Shown here: one piece after another, positions 39,050-49,431 of the stretch
Position numbering within the stretch: position 1 is the stretch's first letter
Layout of the letters: every line of letters starts with the position of its first letter
Assembly: GCA_963976795.1 (NCBI GenBank)
Contig: CAXBLT010000006.1
Coordinates: forward strand, 81,791 to 145,790
DNA: 64,000 nt
Direction of reading: 5' to 3'
Source of the DNA: an uncultured Gammaproteobacteria bacterium
Lineage (GTDB): Bacteria > Pseudomonadota > Gammaproteobacteria > Eutrophobiales > Eutrophobiaceae
Made by a program: the position numbers and the translations under genes
Notes under the pieces: model-generated
Told to the model about the DNA's origin: nothing
Databases searched by the model: none
What the model saw: only the letters and a program-made list of their open reading frames with translations

Positions 39050-40123
39050 CTAATCGGCCAACAATGTCCATGTATCTGTTTTTAGGTCCATTGAGCCTAC
39101 TGTTTGACCAACTGACAAAAAACTAGCCCCATCAATAGATAATTCAGTATGTGATGTTAGATCTGTATCTGACAGGTTTTTTGAATCAAATTGCGTCAAA
39201 TCTGCTGAAAATGTTATCCACTTGCCTTTGTTACCAACGGCCACCCACTCATTTGTCTCATCAGACCACTCCACATCCATTAAATGCTCAGTCATACCGG
39301 ATACTTTGGGTTCGATATAAGTCCAAGTCTCGCCGCCATCTTTTGTTGCCACAATGGCACCGCCCAAGCCTACAACAACACCTTCAGTAGGAGTGCGAAA
39401 CGCCACAGCAGTAAAGCTGTTTGGACTATCAGTTTGGGTATCTTCCCAGGTCTTACCGTTGTCGCTGCTTTTGAATATCAGACCAAACTCGCCAGCTATA
39501 TAAAGCGTAGTCTCATCAACTCGAACAATATCATTCATGAAGACATCCTCTTCTTCACGCATTTGCGTCCATGTATTACCATAATCATGACTATTGAGTA
39601 TCATGCCCATTTCGCCCACTGCCCAGGCTTCTCCGTTTGGATAAGAATGAACACGAAGCAATTTGTTAGCGGTATCTGATTTTGGTGAGTCAACTTCTAC
39701 CCAAGTCTTACCACCGTCATCAGTCCTGAGAGTAACGCCTTCGTTACCGACAGCTACTGATTTATTTTCATCCCAAGAGGTTATGTCTTGCAGGTGAGAG
39801 TCAACAGGTGCTGTTTGGCTTTCCCATGTCCGTCCCTTATCTCTGGAAATGAGAAGTTTCCCATAGTTTCCAGCTGCCATATAGACATCAGAACTTACTT
39901 TGCTTAAACCAAAAATATTATCACGTACATTAATTACAGGAGGGATAACTTCTTCTATCACAGCAGTGGGTTTGACGAAGATACCAGCCCATAGCAAGGT
40001 ACCCACAATAGCCCAAGGCATTATAGAGAGAATAAGCTTTGCAAACTTCTGCCCAAGTGAATCAGCAGTATTAGTTGTTCCAGACATTTGTTCTGCTGCG
40101 GTATTATTTTCTGACATGTTCAT
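39050..40123 (-). CDS. BNR-repeat / Ycf48-like beta-propeller protein (N-terminal membrane anchor).
   Basis: Repeated BNR (Asp-box-like) motifs: 'DKGRTWESQ', 'DGGKTWVEV', 'YGNTWTQM', 'DNGKTWEDT', 'DGGETWTYI'. Length is 357 aa. Confidence 0.75.
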   Translation of the reverse strand: MNMSENNTAAEQMSGTTNTADSLGQKFAKLILSIMPWAIVGTLLWAGIFVKPTAVIEEVIPPVINVRDNIFGLSKVSSDVYMAAGNYGKLLISRDKGRTWESQTAPVDSHLQDITSWDENKSVAVGNEGVTLRTDDGGKTWVEVDSPKSDTANKLLRVHSYPNGEAWAVGEMGMILNSHDYGNTWTQMREEEDVFMNDIVRVDETTLYIAGEFGLIFKSSDNGKTWEDTQTDSPNSFTAVAFRTPTEGVVVGLGGAIVATKDGGETWTYIEPKVSGMTEHLMDVEWSDETNEWVAVGNKGKWITFSADLTQFDSKNLSDTDLTSHTELSIDGASFLSVGQTVGSMDLKTDTWTLLAD

Positions 40124-40316
40124 AACAACCCTTCTTCATAAAGTAATTCTTAACCAAGAGGATCTAAAGAAGCATTAGTAATCCTATGAATGGTTAACGC
40201 GTCATTCGTATTTGATTACACCCCATAAAAATTAAAGTAGGTAGCTGCTAGATAAGGTCTATCTAACAGCTACCATTGAGGGGGGAGAACAATATTAAAA
40301 CTAATTTATTGTTATG

Positions 40317-41594
40317 TTACTTAGCGATACTGATTAACTTCTTAAGAGTCACATCATCCGCTTCAACACCTGCTGGATTGGCTTTCATATTGGATGACCA
40401 AGTAGTAGAGAACTCAGCCTTCCAATCGATGATATGACCAACTACTGGCATAGTAGCTAAATATCCATCATCACCAACATCACGACGGTTTTGGAAAATA
40501 AATGATTTCCAGAATTTGCCGTTTTGGTCAAGTGCTTCACCATAGTATGGGCGAGGATAATCAACTTCCATCCAGACCGTTTTCTGACTGTATGGATGTT
40601 CATCTGGTGGTATACCTTCAATTACCCATACTTCACGAGGCTCCCATTGCACTTGTGGTGCAGGAAAGAAATGCGGAGGAATATCCATACCTACGGCGGG
40701 GAATTCTTTGATGGTGTTCTTATAGGTTAAATCAACAGTCATAAGTGGAGCATGTGCAATCGCAAAGATCCATTCGCGACCTATCAATTTAGTAGACTTG
40801 TATTTAGTTGGTACCGCGTCCCAAATGTCCCAATCATCATACAACTGCACGGTTCCACCAATGGGGTCCATCCACGCATTACCTGTTAAACGACGTGCGC
40901 GACGTACAGACTTCAAGTAAGCCCATGTATCATCTGGTGTCTTTGCAGTAGGATCATTGTAACGAATTGAGAAGATACCTAAACCTTTAATATCTTGTGG
41001 GTAGGTAGCAACCAATACGGTTTTTTGTAAGATAGTACCATCACCCTCAGAAATAGGTCCGCCATCAAGACGTCCTTCCATATAGTAACGCTGAGCCCAC
41101 CAACGTTGAATACGTTCCATACCCTTTGTAGCATCCAGAAACACCCATGAGATGTGACGAAGATCCATAGTTGCGCCATAAGTAGGTCCGCGCAAGTTCC
41201 AAATCAGCTTGTCTCCAGCATAAGGGTCATCCATCTTGATGTCTTGTGGATCAAAAAACATGCCTGCTTCCCATCCAGATACAGTACGATCAGAAGGATT
41301 GAACTTAACGGTTTCCTTACTTTTCTGGGTCCATGTCATGTATTTCTCATCCATAGGAACAGGCTCTGAATGACGAACAGGAATCTTTAAGTGGTGGTTA
41401 CGAATCATCCACTCATATTTACCTGGCAACATATCACCGACACGCTTGCCTTCGAATGTCATGTCGATTACTTGATCGAGGTTCTCTGCACTGATTATGG
41501 TGCCTTCAGGCATCTCTTCAGCAACAGCGCTCAATGGAGCGCCTACAAGCAGCCCCAAAGAAACTACTGATGTAGCTAATATTTTCTTATACAT
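40317..41594 (-). CDS. DUF1329-like periplasmic protein (LolA-like fold family). The family assignment is from memory and not searched.
   Basis: Signal peptide 'MYKKILATSVVSLGLLVGAPLSAVA'. 425 aa soluble protein encoded between a DUF1302-like barrel and a BNR protein, which matches the recurring DUF1302-DUF1329-BNR-RND synteny. Confidence 0.55.
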   Translation of the reverse strand: MYKKILATSVVSLGLLVGAPLSAVAEEMPEGTIISAENLDQVIDMTFEGKRVGDMLPGKYEWMIRNHHLKIPVRHSEPVPMDEKYMTWTQKSKETVKFNPSDRTVSGWEAGMFFDPQDIKMDDPYAGDKLIWNLRGPTYGATMDLRHISWVFLDATKGMERIQRWWAQRYYMEGRLDGGPISEGDGTILQKTVLVATYPQDIKGLGIFSIRYNDPTAKTPDDTWAYLKSVRRARRLTGNAWMDPIGGTVQLYDDWDIWDAVPTKYKSTKLIGREWIFAIAHAPLMTVDLTYKNTIKEFPAVGMDIPPHFFPAPQVQWEPREVWVIEGIPPDEHPYSQKTVWMEVDYPRPYYGEALDQNGKFWKSFIFQNRRDVGDDGYLATMPVVGHIIDWKAEFSTTWSSNMKANPAGVEADDVTLKKLISIAK

Positions 41595-41682
41595 ATAATA
41601 CTCCTACGTTTTAACAATCGTCCTGCATTGCTGCAGGACATAATGAGTAACTAATACTTTTTTACACAACTACTTAATTAAC

Positions 41683-43332
41683 TTAGAACTGTCTTGTAAC
41701 TTTTAAAACTAACTGATTATCATCGGCAAACCAGTCAAACAATGATGCGCTGTTTTCCGAAACACCTAATGGGTTTACTTTGCCGCCTGCAGCAGTACTT
41801 GCAGAGACTTTCTTCTCGTCACCATCACTCCACCAAAGATCAGCTTCTAACTTGACACGCCAATCATCGCCAAAGACTAGCTCAACAGCGGCGATACCAA
41901 AACCACCACCGTTACTTAAGTCAGTACCAACGACAAATGTTGGGTTAATCGTGTCACGTTTGAAGTTTAACAATGAGAATATTGTCAAATAAGCTGTGTG
42001 CTCTCTCTTTTGCGCACCGAAAGAGGCAAACTCAACGATTTCATCTGAGTCTTTATGATCTAATATCCAAGTATCAAATAACTGCACACTAGATAAGGAT
42101 GGGCGGTTGGTACCTAGATATTTTCCCCACTTAAACTCTTTATCGATGCGGAACATGGTAACCAAGGTATCTTTTGTCTTAACACCTTCCCAACCTGGGA
42201 GAGAAGAACCTAAAGCACCAAAGTTGTATGGCTTATTAGGGATAAACGCGACTTCCGCACTCAATGTTGAATCAATAATCGGCGCATAACCGTTTGCACT
42301 GACACCAAATACATTAATATGAGGATAGATCCAATCACCCAACACGCCATTTTGTGCAACCTCACCAAAAGAATTCATTGCACCGACACCAAAAGCGCCT
42401 GGTGTCGCAGAATTCACCGCGGGGTTCATAATAGGAGCAGGGTTGAACGTCCTTAGATATGCTACTGAGTATCCAATTGAACCAATATCACTATTCCAAC
42501 GAAAACCAAAGGTTGGATCGTCTTGTGAACCATCCGTATGATCAGCATTATATTGCGTAAATGCTGTAAAATCGACACCACGATATGGGTGTGGAATCCA
42601 GCGTCCGCCTTCAATATTAAAGTTACTGCCCACATCATCATCACGATCCAGACCCGGGCGCACGAAGAAATTCAGGCTACCACCAAGTTCGTCATATAAA
42701 TCTAAATCAAAATTGACCAAGAATAATGGTTTACGCCAATCTTCGTTATTCTCAAAAAACAGTCTCCAACGATAATCAAAACCATGCACCAAATCCATGG
42801 CCTGGAAGAAATCACTCTCACCCCAAACCAATTGTTGCTTACCGACTCGCATGTTTAACTTACCATCAAACAATGCGAAATCTGCATAGTATTCACGGAA
42901 AAACTCTTGTATATGGTCCGTGTTGTACTGATCGAGATACTGACCACGAGTAGCTGTACCATTGTTTGATGTTAATTTAGTCATGCTTTCGAGTGAATCA
43001 AGATAATCCGTTTGCAACTCCCTATCAAACCGACTAACGATTTTCCAAGAGACTGGACCAGTATAGATATCGGTATCCAGCAACAATGTGGCTCGAGCCA
43101 TAGTAAAATCAAACTGATCGTTTTCAGGTGTTTCAGCGTGATCCTCAAGACCTACCCCAAAATATGTACGGGCATAGCCACTCACAGCAAAGCTCCAATC
43201 TTCTCCAAAGCCGCCTGTACAGGTGTCACAAGCTGGTTCATCTGCAGCCATTACAGAACCAGTCGCAACGGTTCCCCCAAAACACAATAGAAAACCTGCG
43301 GCTTTCAATATATTGCTATTATATTTTTTCAT
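41683..43332 (-). CDS. DUF1302-like outer-membrane beta-barrel protein. The family assignment is from memory and not searched.
   Basis: Signal peptide 'MKKYNSNILKAAGFLLCFGGTVATGSVMA'. 549 aa. A C-terminal Phe ('...VTRQF') is typical of OM beta-barrels. It is the first gene of the cluster. Confidence 0.55.
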   Translation of the reverse strand: MKKYNSNILKAAGFLLCFGGTVATGSVMAADEPACDTCTGGFGEDWSFAVSGYARTYFGVGLEDHAETPENDQFDFTMARATLLLDTDIYTGPVSWKIVSRFDRELQTDYLDSLESMTKLTSNNGTATRGQYLDQYNTDHIQEFFREYYADFALFDGKLNMRVGKQQLVWGESDFFQAMDLVHGFDYRWRLFFENNEDWRKPLFLVNFDLDLYDELGGSLNFFVRPGLDRDDDVGSNFNIEGGRWIPHPYRGVDFTAFTQYNADHTDGSQDDPTFGFRWNSDIGSIGYSVAYLRTFNPAPIMNPAVNSATPGAFGVGAMNSFGEVAQNGVLGDWIYPHINVFGVSANGYAPIIDSTLSAEVAFIPNKPYNFGALGSSLPGWEGVKTKDTLVTMFRIDKEFKWGKYLGTNRPSLSSVQLFDTWILDHKDSDEIVEFASFGAQKREHTAYLTIFSLLNFKRDTINPTFVVGTDLSNGGGFGIAAVELVFGDDWRVKLEADLWWSDGDEKKVSASTAAGGKVNPLGVSENSASLFDWFADDNQLVLKVTRQF

Positions 43333-43825
43333 TCCTCCCCCTTAAAGAGTTTTAAAAAACTAAAATCGTCATAAAAAATTGTTCTTTTTTATTAACAAAA
43401 CTAACACTTCTTATAACGATATCTGAAGATGGGGAACAAGTTTTATGCCAAACAGAGAGAACCTGCCTATTCTAAGGGTAAGCCTCTGATATATAAGAAC
43501 AACACTGTTCACAATTCCATCGCCAATTTGCTTATACCGGACTATATAAGAACGACTGTGTGCTAACATGGAACGGTTTTCTATAAACCGTTCAACCAGT
43601 GTGGTTTTTAAAGGATATTCAACCGTATTTTTTAATAAAATAGTCAGTAATTTGAACTATTTATGCTACTAAATAATCAATTTTGTGGAAGTTAATGAAT
43701 AATGTTAACATTTAGGCCAATTTATCCTTAAACGATACATTGAGTAGGCCTTTGGTTAAGTATTTTCCCGTAAAGACCTTATAAACAAGATTCTTGTACA
43801 CGGTGGTGTTAAATAACTAAATTCC

Positions 43826-45835
43826 ATGAGTCAATCACTAAAAGAAGCCGACATCAATACACACTTTTATTCCCAAAAAGATGTTGACCAAGCTTGGGAT
43901 AGTTTTCTTTGCTCAGGAGGGGCGTCAAAGAATCTGCCTGTACGCGATATGATAGCCAGCTCATGGGAGCGCTGCCTATCTCAAGGTGTCAATCCTGAGC
44001 AAACTGCAGCGCCGCTCTTAGCCACCGAGGGCACCTTACATATCCTTCGCCAAAATAATACTGATCTCATGAAATGCGCACGACCTGTCTTAGCACAGGC
44101 CAGGGTCTTTTTACGCGATCTTGACACAATATTAATTCTGACTGACTACAACGGGGTCAATCTGGATGTTGTCGGAGATCCTAAGTGTGTTGAAGATGCT
44201 GTCGGAATTGGAATGGTGCCAGGTAGTGGCTGGAAAGAGACTGTTTCCGGATCAAATGCTGTAGGTACAGCGATGGCAACGGGGATGCCTACACAAGTCC
44301 ACGGAGAAGAGCATTTCATACAAGGCTTTAAGCCCTGGACATGCACTGCTGGGATAATAAGCGATCCATATGACAATCAATTGATCGGCGTAATTGACGT
44401 TTCTGGCTTATCAGCCACATTTGATAAATTCCACGTCCCTTTAGTCGTATCATGGGCCAATCAAATTCAATTGTCACTCGCCAAAAACACCTCTGAGCAA
44501 TGGAGTCTCATCAGAGAAAACAGCCAGTGTGACTTTAAAAATAGTCACCGAAATGCTGGGAGAATGTTATTTGATACGCAAGGAAGGCTGGTTGACCACT
44601 CTCAAAATGCCTGTTCAATACTCAATTCACTCGGTATTGGATATGATCTTTCTATGAAGTCTCGCTTATCGCTAGAGCGTTTTGGCGGAGACGAGATTGT
44701 GTATCCTCATGACGCAGGGTTATGGCTATCAAGTGATTGGATCGAACCCGTCAAGGATAAAAACGAGGTGATAGGTTTCAAGATAGAACTACCCACAAAC
44801 AAACGCTCCTCGCAACGAACAAACCCATCGTCTGCTATTGCAGCGGTTAAAATCAACTCACAAGCAGATCCTTTTGGCAAAATATCAGGACAAAGTGCAT
44901 CAGTTAGAGCCAGCATTGAAAAAGCTAGTAAAGCAGCTACGACACCACTTCCTGTTCTAATTTTAGGCGATACAGGTGTCGGAAAAGAAATGTTTGCTCG
45001 AGCTATACATGAAGCGAGTAACTTCGCTAATGGTCCATTTATTGACCTGAACTGTGGCGCTTTCACTAAAGATATTTTAAGCAGTGAACTATTTGGTCAT
45101 GTCGAGGGTGCTTTCACAGGCGCAAAAAGAGGCGGTATGATGGGGAAAATTGAAGCTGCAAATGGCGGCACACTATTTCTGGATGAGATAGGTGAAATGC
45201 CACTTGAGATTCAACCTGTTTTTCTAAGGGTTTTACAAGAAAGAAAGATACATCGTGTTGGTGCTATTGCACCAATTCCAGTCAACTTTAGACTCATTGC
45301 TGCCACAAATAGTTATCTTAAACGAGAAGTTTCTGAAGGCCGATTTAGAAAAGATTTATTCTTCCGTTTATCCACAGTTGCAATTGCGCTTGATCCTCTT
45401 TCAAGACGAAAAGAAGACATTGAAGAGATTGCACACTTAGTTTTAAAAGAAATTCAAAATTCTCAAGAGATTGTGCCTAAACGAATATCCGCCTCTTTAA
45501 TAACCTCACTAAAAAACCGGGAATGGCCAGGCAACATTAGAGAGTTAGTAAATGTGATTGAATGCATGTGTTATATGTCTTCAAATGAGACCCTAACCAT
45601 TGAGGATTTACCTGCCGGTTATCAACCGGGAGAATCACTGATCAGCGGAGTACCTTCTGAACAAAATCAACCGTCTGAGTCTCTATCGAACCTGGATATT
45701 GCAGAACAACAAGCAATTGAAAATGCAATTATTGAGTTTGGTGGCAATATCACTCAAGCAGCTAAAAACCTGGGCATCGCAAAAGGTACCCTCTATCGAA
45801 AAATGAAAAAATATAAATTAGAAAATCCTCGTTAG
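43826..45835 (+). CDS. Sigma-54-dependent enhancer-binding transcriptional activator of the AcoR/AcxR type (N-terminal sensory domain, AAA+ sigma54-interaction domain, C-terminal Fis-type HTH).
   Basis: AAA+ motifs: Walker A 'GDTGVGKE', GAFTGA motif 'GAFTGA', 'GGTLFLDEIGEMP'. C-terminal HTH 'AAKNLGIAKGTLYRKMKKY'. N-terminal '...ASSWERCLSQGVNPE...' as in AcoR-family regulators. Confidence 0.85.
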   Translation: MSQSLKEADINTHFYSQKDVDQAWDSFLCSGGASKNLPVRDMIASSWERCLSQGVNPEQTAAPLLATEGTLHILRQNNTDLMKCARPVLAQARVFLRDLDTILILTDYNGVNLDVVGDPKCVEDAVGIGMVPGSGWKETVSGSNAVGTAMATGMPTQVHGEEHFIQGFKPWTCTAGIISDPYDNQLIGVIDVSGLSATFDKFHVPLVVSWANQIQLSLAKNTSEQWSLIRENSQCDFKNSHRNAGRMLFDTQGRLVDHSQNACSILNSLGIGYDLSMKSRLSLERFGGDEIVYPHDAGLWLSSDWIEPVKDKNEVIGFKIELPTNKRSSQRTNPSSAIAAVKINSQADPFGKISGQSASVRASIEKASKAATTPLPVLILGDTGVGKEMFARAIHEASNFANGPFIDLNCGAFTKDILSSELFGHVEGAFTGAKRGGMMGKIEAANGGTLFLDEIGEMPLEIQPVFLRVLQERKIHRVGAIAPIPVNFRLIAATNSYLKREVSEGRFRKDLFFRLSTVAIALDPLSRRKEDIEEIAHLVLKEIQNSQEIVPKRISASLITSLKNREWPGNIRELVNVIECMCYMSSNETLTIEDLPAGYQPGESLISGVPSEQNQPSESLSNLDIAEQQAIENAIIEFGGNITQAAKNLGIAKGTLYRKMKKYKLENPR

Positions 45836-45918
45836 CACATACTCTGTTGGCTAGTGGGAGTCGAGTTCCGTATGCTCACCTTAATTCTTTGTTATAATTC
45901 AAACCATCAAGAAGATCA

Positions 45919-46905
45919 TTATTCATTATTCACAAGCACCATCCCATAAAAACCAGCTTGTTCAATTAGCTCATGTGATTCTACGATTTTATCCAATGCT
46001 ATTATGTGTGCGATCCTGTGCTGTAATAAACCTCTTTCCAGAAAATCTGTGACATCGTAGATTGCATCTGCCTTAGCTGACTCTGGCATCGCATAAACCA
46101 ATACCATGCGTATCGTTAGATCCATAAACATCATTCGTTTAAAAGGTATCACGGGTTCTGGAACCTGCATTGAAGCATAAGTCGCAATCGTAGCACCTAT
46201 ACGTGCCACATCTAAAAGTACAGGCAGATTCCCGCCAAACTCACCATCAATAATACGTTCAACACCCTGACCATTTGTCATTTCAGCAACCGTATCAAGC
46301 AATTCAACTCCTTGATGTGGACAAACTACATCGGCACCCGCAGCATAGCAATGCGCTTCTGCCTCAGAATTACTCGCTGTCGCAATTACATTGGCGCCGG
46401 CATATTTTGCAAGCTGAATAACATAATGACCTACTCTTCCAGCACCGCCCGTTACCAAGATTGTTTGACCTTCGACCGGGCCATCAGCAAAGATACATCG
46501 ATGTGCCGTCATGGTGGGTATCCCTATACACGCACCAATATCAAATCCAATATTATCGGGTAGTAGCACTGCTCTATTGGAATCAACTGACACGTATTCA
46601 GCGGCGGTTCCAAAACGGCGGCCATACTGAGCTTGATAAACCCAAACGCGCTCACCTATCCGCGAATGTGGTACACCACGGCCAACGGCTTCTATTACGC
46701 CTGAGCCATCACTATGAGGGATAATAAAACCATCTTTAAGTAAATCTGGAAACGCACCTGCACGTTTTTTCACATCTGACGGGTGTACTGCAGAATAATT
46801 TAACCGTACTAAAACCTCTCCATGTTCTGGTGAAGGGACATCAAGCTCAACGATATTCAACACATCATGTGCCGAACCCATCTTATTATATTGTGCTGCC
46901 TTCAT
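45919..46905 (-). CDS. MDR-family NAD(P)-dependent oxidoreductase (quinone-oxidoreductase-like), distal gene of the carboxylase operon.
   Basis: 328 aa. GroES-like N-domain and Rossmann motif 'ILVTGGAGRVGHYVIQLAK'. Confidence 0.8.
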   Translation of the reverse strand: MKAAQYNKMGSAHDVLNIVELDVPSPEHGEVLVRLNYSAVHPSDVKKRAGAFPDLLKDGFIIPHSDGSGVIEAVGRGVPHSRIGERVWVYQAQYGRRFGTAAEYVSVDSNRAVLLPDNIGFDIGACIGIPTMTAHRCIFADGPVEGQTILVTGGAGRVGHYVIQLAKYAGANVIATASNSEAEAHCYAAGADVVCPHQGVELLDTVAEMTNGQGVERIIDGEFGGNLPVLLDVARIGATIATYASMQVPEPVIPFKRMMFMDLTIRMVLVYAMPESAKADAIYDVTDFLERGLLQHRIAHIIALDKIVESHELIEQAGFYGMVLVNNE

Positions 46906-46999
46906 TAACTTACCTTTTATCCTTTACTTGATTGTGCATCAAGTCTAATAACCATAATTAAAAGAATATCGCTCATTAATCAACCTGATGAATAGCACA

Positions 47000-48016
47000 C
47001 TATCGGTCATTAACAATAACGATTTTGCCAAAATGCTTAGCTGCAGTGAGATGCTCATAAGCACCCATTGCATCGCTAAATGCAAATGACTTATCAATAG
47101 TTGGCTTAAGATTATTATCAATAATAACCTTGTTCATCGCATTAAACATCTCAACACTACCGACATAAATCCCGTGAACCCGCAGTAGATTAAATATTAC
47201 GGATAAATTAAATGCTGGTCCATCAAACCCGGATAACAATCCAATCATTGAAACGATACCATTGACCTTTGCCGAAGCTATCGATTTTTCAAAAGTGCCT
47301 ACACCACCAACTTCCAATACATTATCAACACCATTTCCATCCGTAATTTTTAAGACTTCATCTTCCCAGTCAGGATGTTCACGATAATTAACTGTATGAT
47401 CAGCACCCATCTTACGAGTCCGTTCTAATTTTTCATCACTGGATGAAGTAATAATAACTCTTGCGCCCAAAGCTTTTGCCAACTGTAAACCAAAAATGGA
47501 AACACCTCCGGTTCCCAACAACAATACTGTATCACCTTTTTTTAAGTCCCCCATTGATACTAATGCATGCCATGCAGTAACGGCGGCGCAAGGCAAAGTC
47601 GCAGCTTCTTCATACGATAATTGTTCAGGAATGGGTAATGCAGCATTTGCTTTTAAAACAAAGTAATCAGCCAAAACACCATTAATTGAACCACCTAATG
47701 CAGAGTGCAAACCTGCCATACTCATCGGTCCGTCAATCCATTCCTGAAAGAAATTACCAACAACCCTATCCCCTACCTTATGAGTTGTAACCGAACTACC
47801 AACAGCAACAACTTCTCCGGCACCATCTGACACAGGAATAATGGGTCTAATATCATTGCGTACATAACCACCTTGTGGAATCAGCAAATCACGAAAGTTA
47901 AGTGAACATGCTTTCATTTTCACCAAAACCTCATCCGCTGCCGGTTTTGGTTCGTTTAACTCGATCAGTTTTATATCTTCAAAACCATCTGTTGTTTGTA
48001 CCTGATATGCACGCAT
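47000..48016 (-). CDS. MDR-family zinc-type alcohol dehydrogenase / quinone oxidoreductase.
   Basis: 338 aa. 'LVKMKACSLNFRDL', 'VLLLGTGGVSIFGLQLAKALGARVI'. Confidence 0.8.
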   Translation of the reverse strand: MRAYQVQTTDGFEDIKLIELNEPKPAADEVLVKMKACSLNFRDLLIPQGGYVRNDIRPIIPVSDGAGEVVAVGSSVTTHKVGDRVVGNFFQEWIDGPMSMAGLHSALGGSINGVLADYFVLKANAALPIPEQLSYEEAATLPCAAVTAWHALVSMGDLKKGDTVLLLGTGGVSIFGLQLAKALGARVIITSSSDEKLERTRKMGADHTVNYREHPDWEDEVLKITDGNGVDNVLEVGGVGTFEKSIASAKVNGIVSMIGLLSGFDGPAFNLSVIFNLLRVHGIYVGSVEMFNAMNKVIIDNNLKPTIDKSFAFSDAMGAYEHLTAAKHFGKIVIVNDR

Positions 48017-48090
48017 AAACTTTTAAACCTCTTTAAAAATTATTGTGAATTGTAAAGCGTTAAATTTCTGTTTGTAAATCACAGTCTAAT

Positions 48091-49356
48091 TTATTTCACA
48101 CGCCGCATAACAGAAACGCAGTTTGTTACCCCTGAACCGCCTATGTTAACGGTCATCGCCAATTCCGGCTGCCCTTTTGCAGCAACACCAATAGGATCGC
48201 CGATTAGTTGTTTATAAGCCAACGCATGCATAGATGCACCTGTTGCGCCAACAGGGTGCCCCTTTGACTTAAGACCTCCGGAAAGATTGATAGGACAACT
48301 CCCGTCCGTATCATATTTTCCTTCCATAAAGTCGTACCCTGCACGACCCGATTCAGATAGTCCCATCGCTTCTGCACAGAGCATTTGGTTTATGGTAAAG
48401 CAATCGTGAACTTCTGCTAACTCCATATCTGTCACCTTCACCCCTGCCTCGGTACACGCTTGTTGTACAGCGTGTTTTGCCGCTTGAAGCTCATGTAAGG
48501 TTTCTTTGCGCTCGCTCATCATCATACGTTGTGTCACATGACCTATACCAGAAAGTTCAACAGCATGGTTAAAGTTCGCTTTAGCATTCTCAGTTGATGT
48601 AAGAACAACTGCAGCAGCGCCATCAGAAATCAAAGAACAATCATGCAGTCTTAATGGTGGTGCAATCAGTGGATTACTGCCTTTACCTGAGTCAGGTAAA
48701 TCAAGAATAGCATCTGCGGTCACTAATTGCTTTTTATCAGGCAGGCTTCCAGGCCCAAAGTGAGCTAGCGGATTATGAATGCCATTGCGATAATTTTGCG
48801 CAGCAATATGCGCAAACATAATGCGAAGTTCTTCATCACTCATTCCATGTTTTGCTTGATAGGCTTTTGCTAACTCACCAAACAAGCCAGGGAAAGTCAC
48901 ACCCATAGAACCCTCTTCGGGCCAATATGAACTACACGCCAAGGCATGAGTAACACCTTTAGTATCCAACAGACTCATTTTCTCAACACCAAGCGCAAGG
49001 ACATTCTTAAAACGACCACTGGCCACGGCATAAGCTGCGTTATATATAGCAACAGATGAAGTTGCACAAGCGCCTTCCGTACGTGTTGTTGGTTTATAGA
49101 GTAATCCATCGGGATCAATTTCCAACGCCAATGGTGCCACATGTTCCTGATTTACGAACATGGAAGGAGAACAAGAGCCGAGCCAAACTGCATCGATATC
49201 CTTTGCCTCCAGACCGGCATCGGCAATTGCACCTGCCCCTGCTTCTATTATTAATTCATAAAACGATTTTAAATCTTCTACTTCACCTGTTTCTCTATCA
49301 CGCTTAACAAACGCACCGAACTGAGTATTGTGTGCACCAACTATACTAATATCCAT
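48091..49356 (-). CDS. Thiolase-superfamily protein (SCP-x / nonspecific-thiolase-like), a candidate beta-ketoacyl-CoA thiolase.
   Basis: 421 aa. The N-terminus 'MDISIVGAHNTQFGAF' and C-terminal 'NLSGGLKSKGHPVGATG' are thiolase-fold signatures. Confidence 0.8.
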   Translation of the reverse strand: MDISIVGAHNTQFGAFVKRDRETGEVEDLKSFYELIIEAGAGAIADAGLEAKDIDAVWLGSCSPSMFVNQEHVAPLALEIDPDGLLYKPTTRTEGACATSSVAIYNAAYAVASGRFKNVLALGVEKMSLLDTKGVTHALACSSYWPEEGSMGVTFPGLFGELAKAYQAKHGMSDEELRIMFAHIAAQNYRNGIHNPLAHFGPGSLPDKKQLVTADAILDLPDSGKGSNPLIAPPLRLHDCSLISDGAAAVVLTSTENAKANFNHAVELSGIGHVTQRMMMSERKETLHELQAAKHAVQQACTEAGVKVTDMELAEVHDCFTINQMLCAEAMGLSESGRAGYDFMEGKYDTDGSCPINLSGGLKSKGHPVGATGASMHALAYKQLIGDPIGVAAKGQPELAMTVNIGGSGVTNCVSVMRRVK

Positions 49357-49431
49357 CTGACTGTCCTCTCCACATAAAAACGTGGATTAAAAATGTGAAA
49401 AATAAAATTAAAGATATAACAAAATTTGAAT

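Noticed and set aside
43333-43825. Search for a sigma54 -24/-12 promoter upstream of the DUF1302 operon.
   Set aside because: Candidate TGGCA-like sites lack a correctly spaced GC. There is no convincing match, so none is reported.
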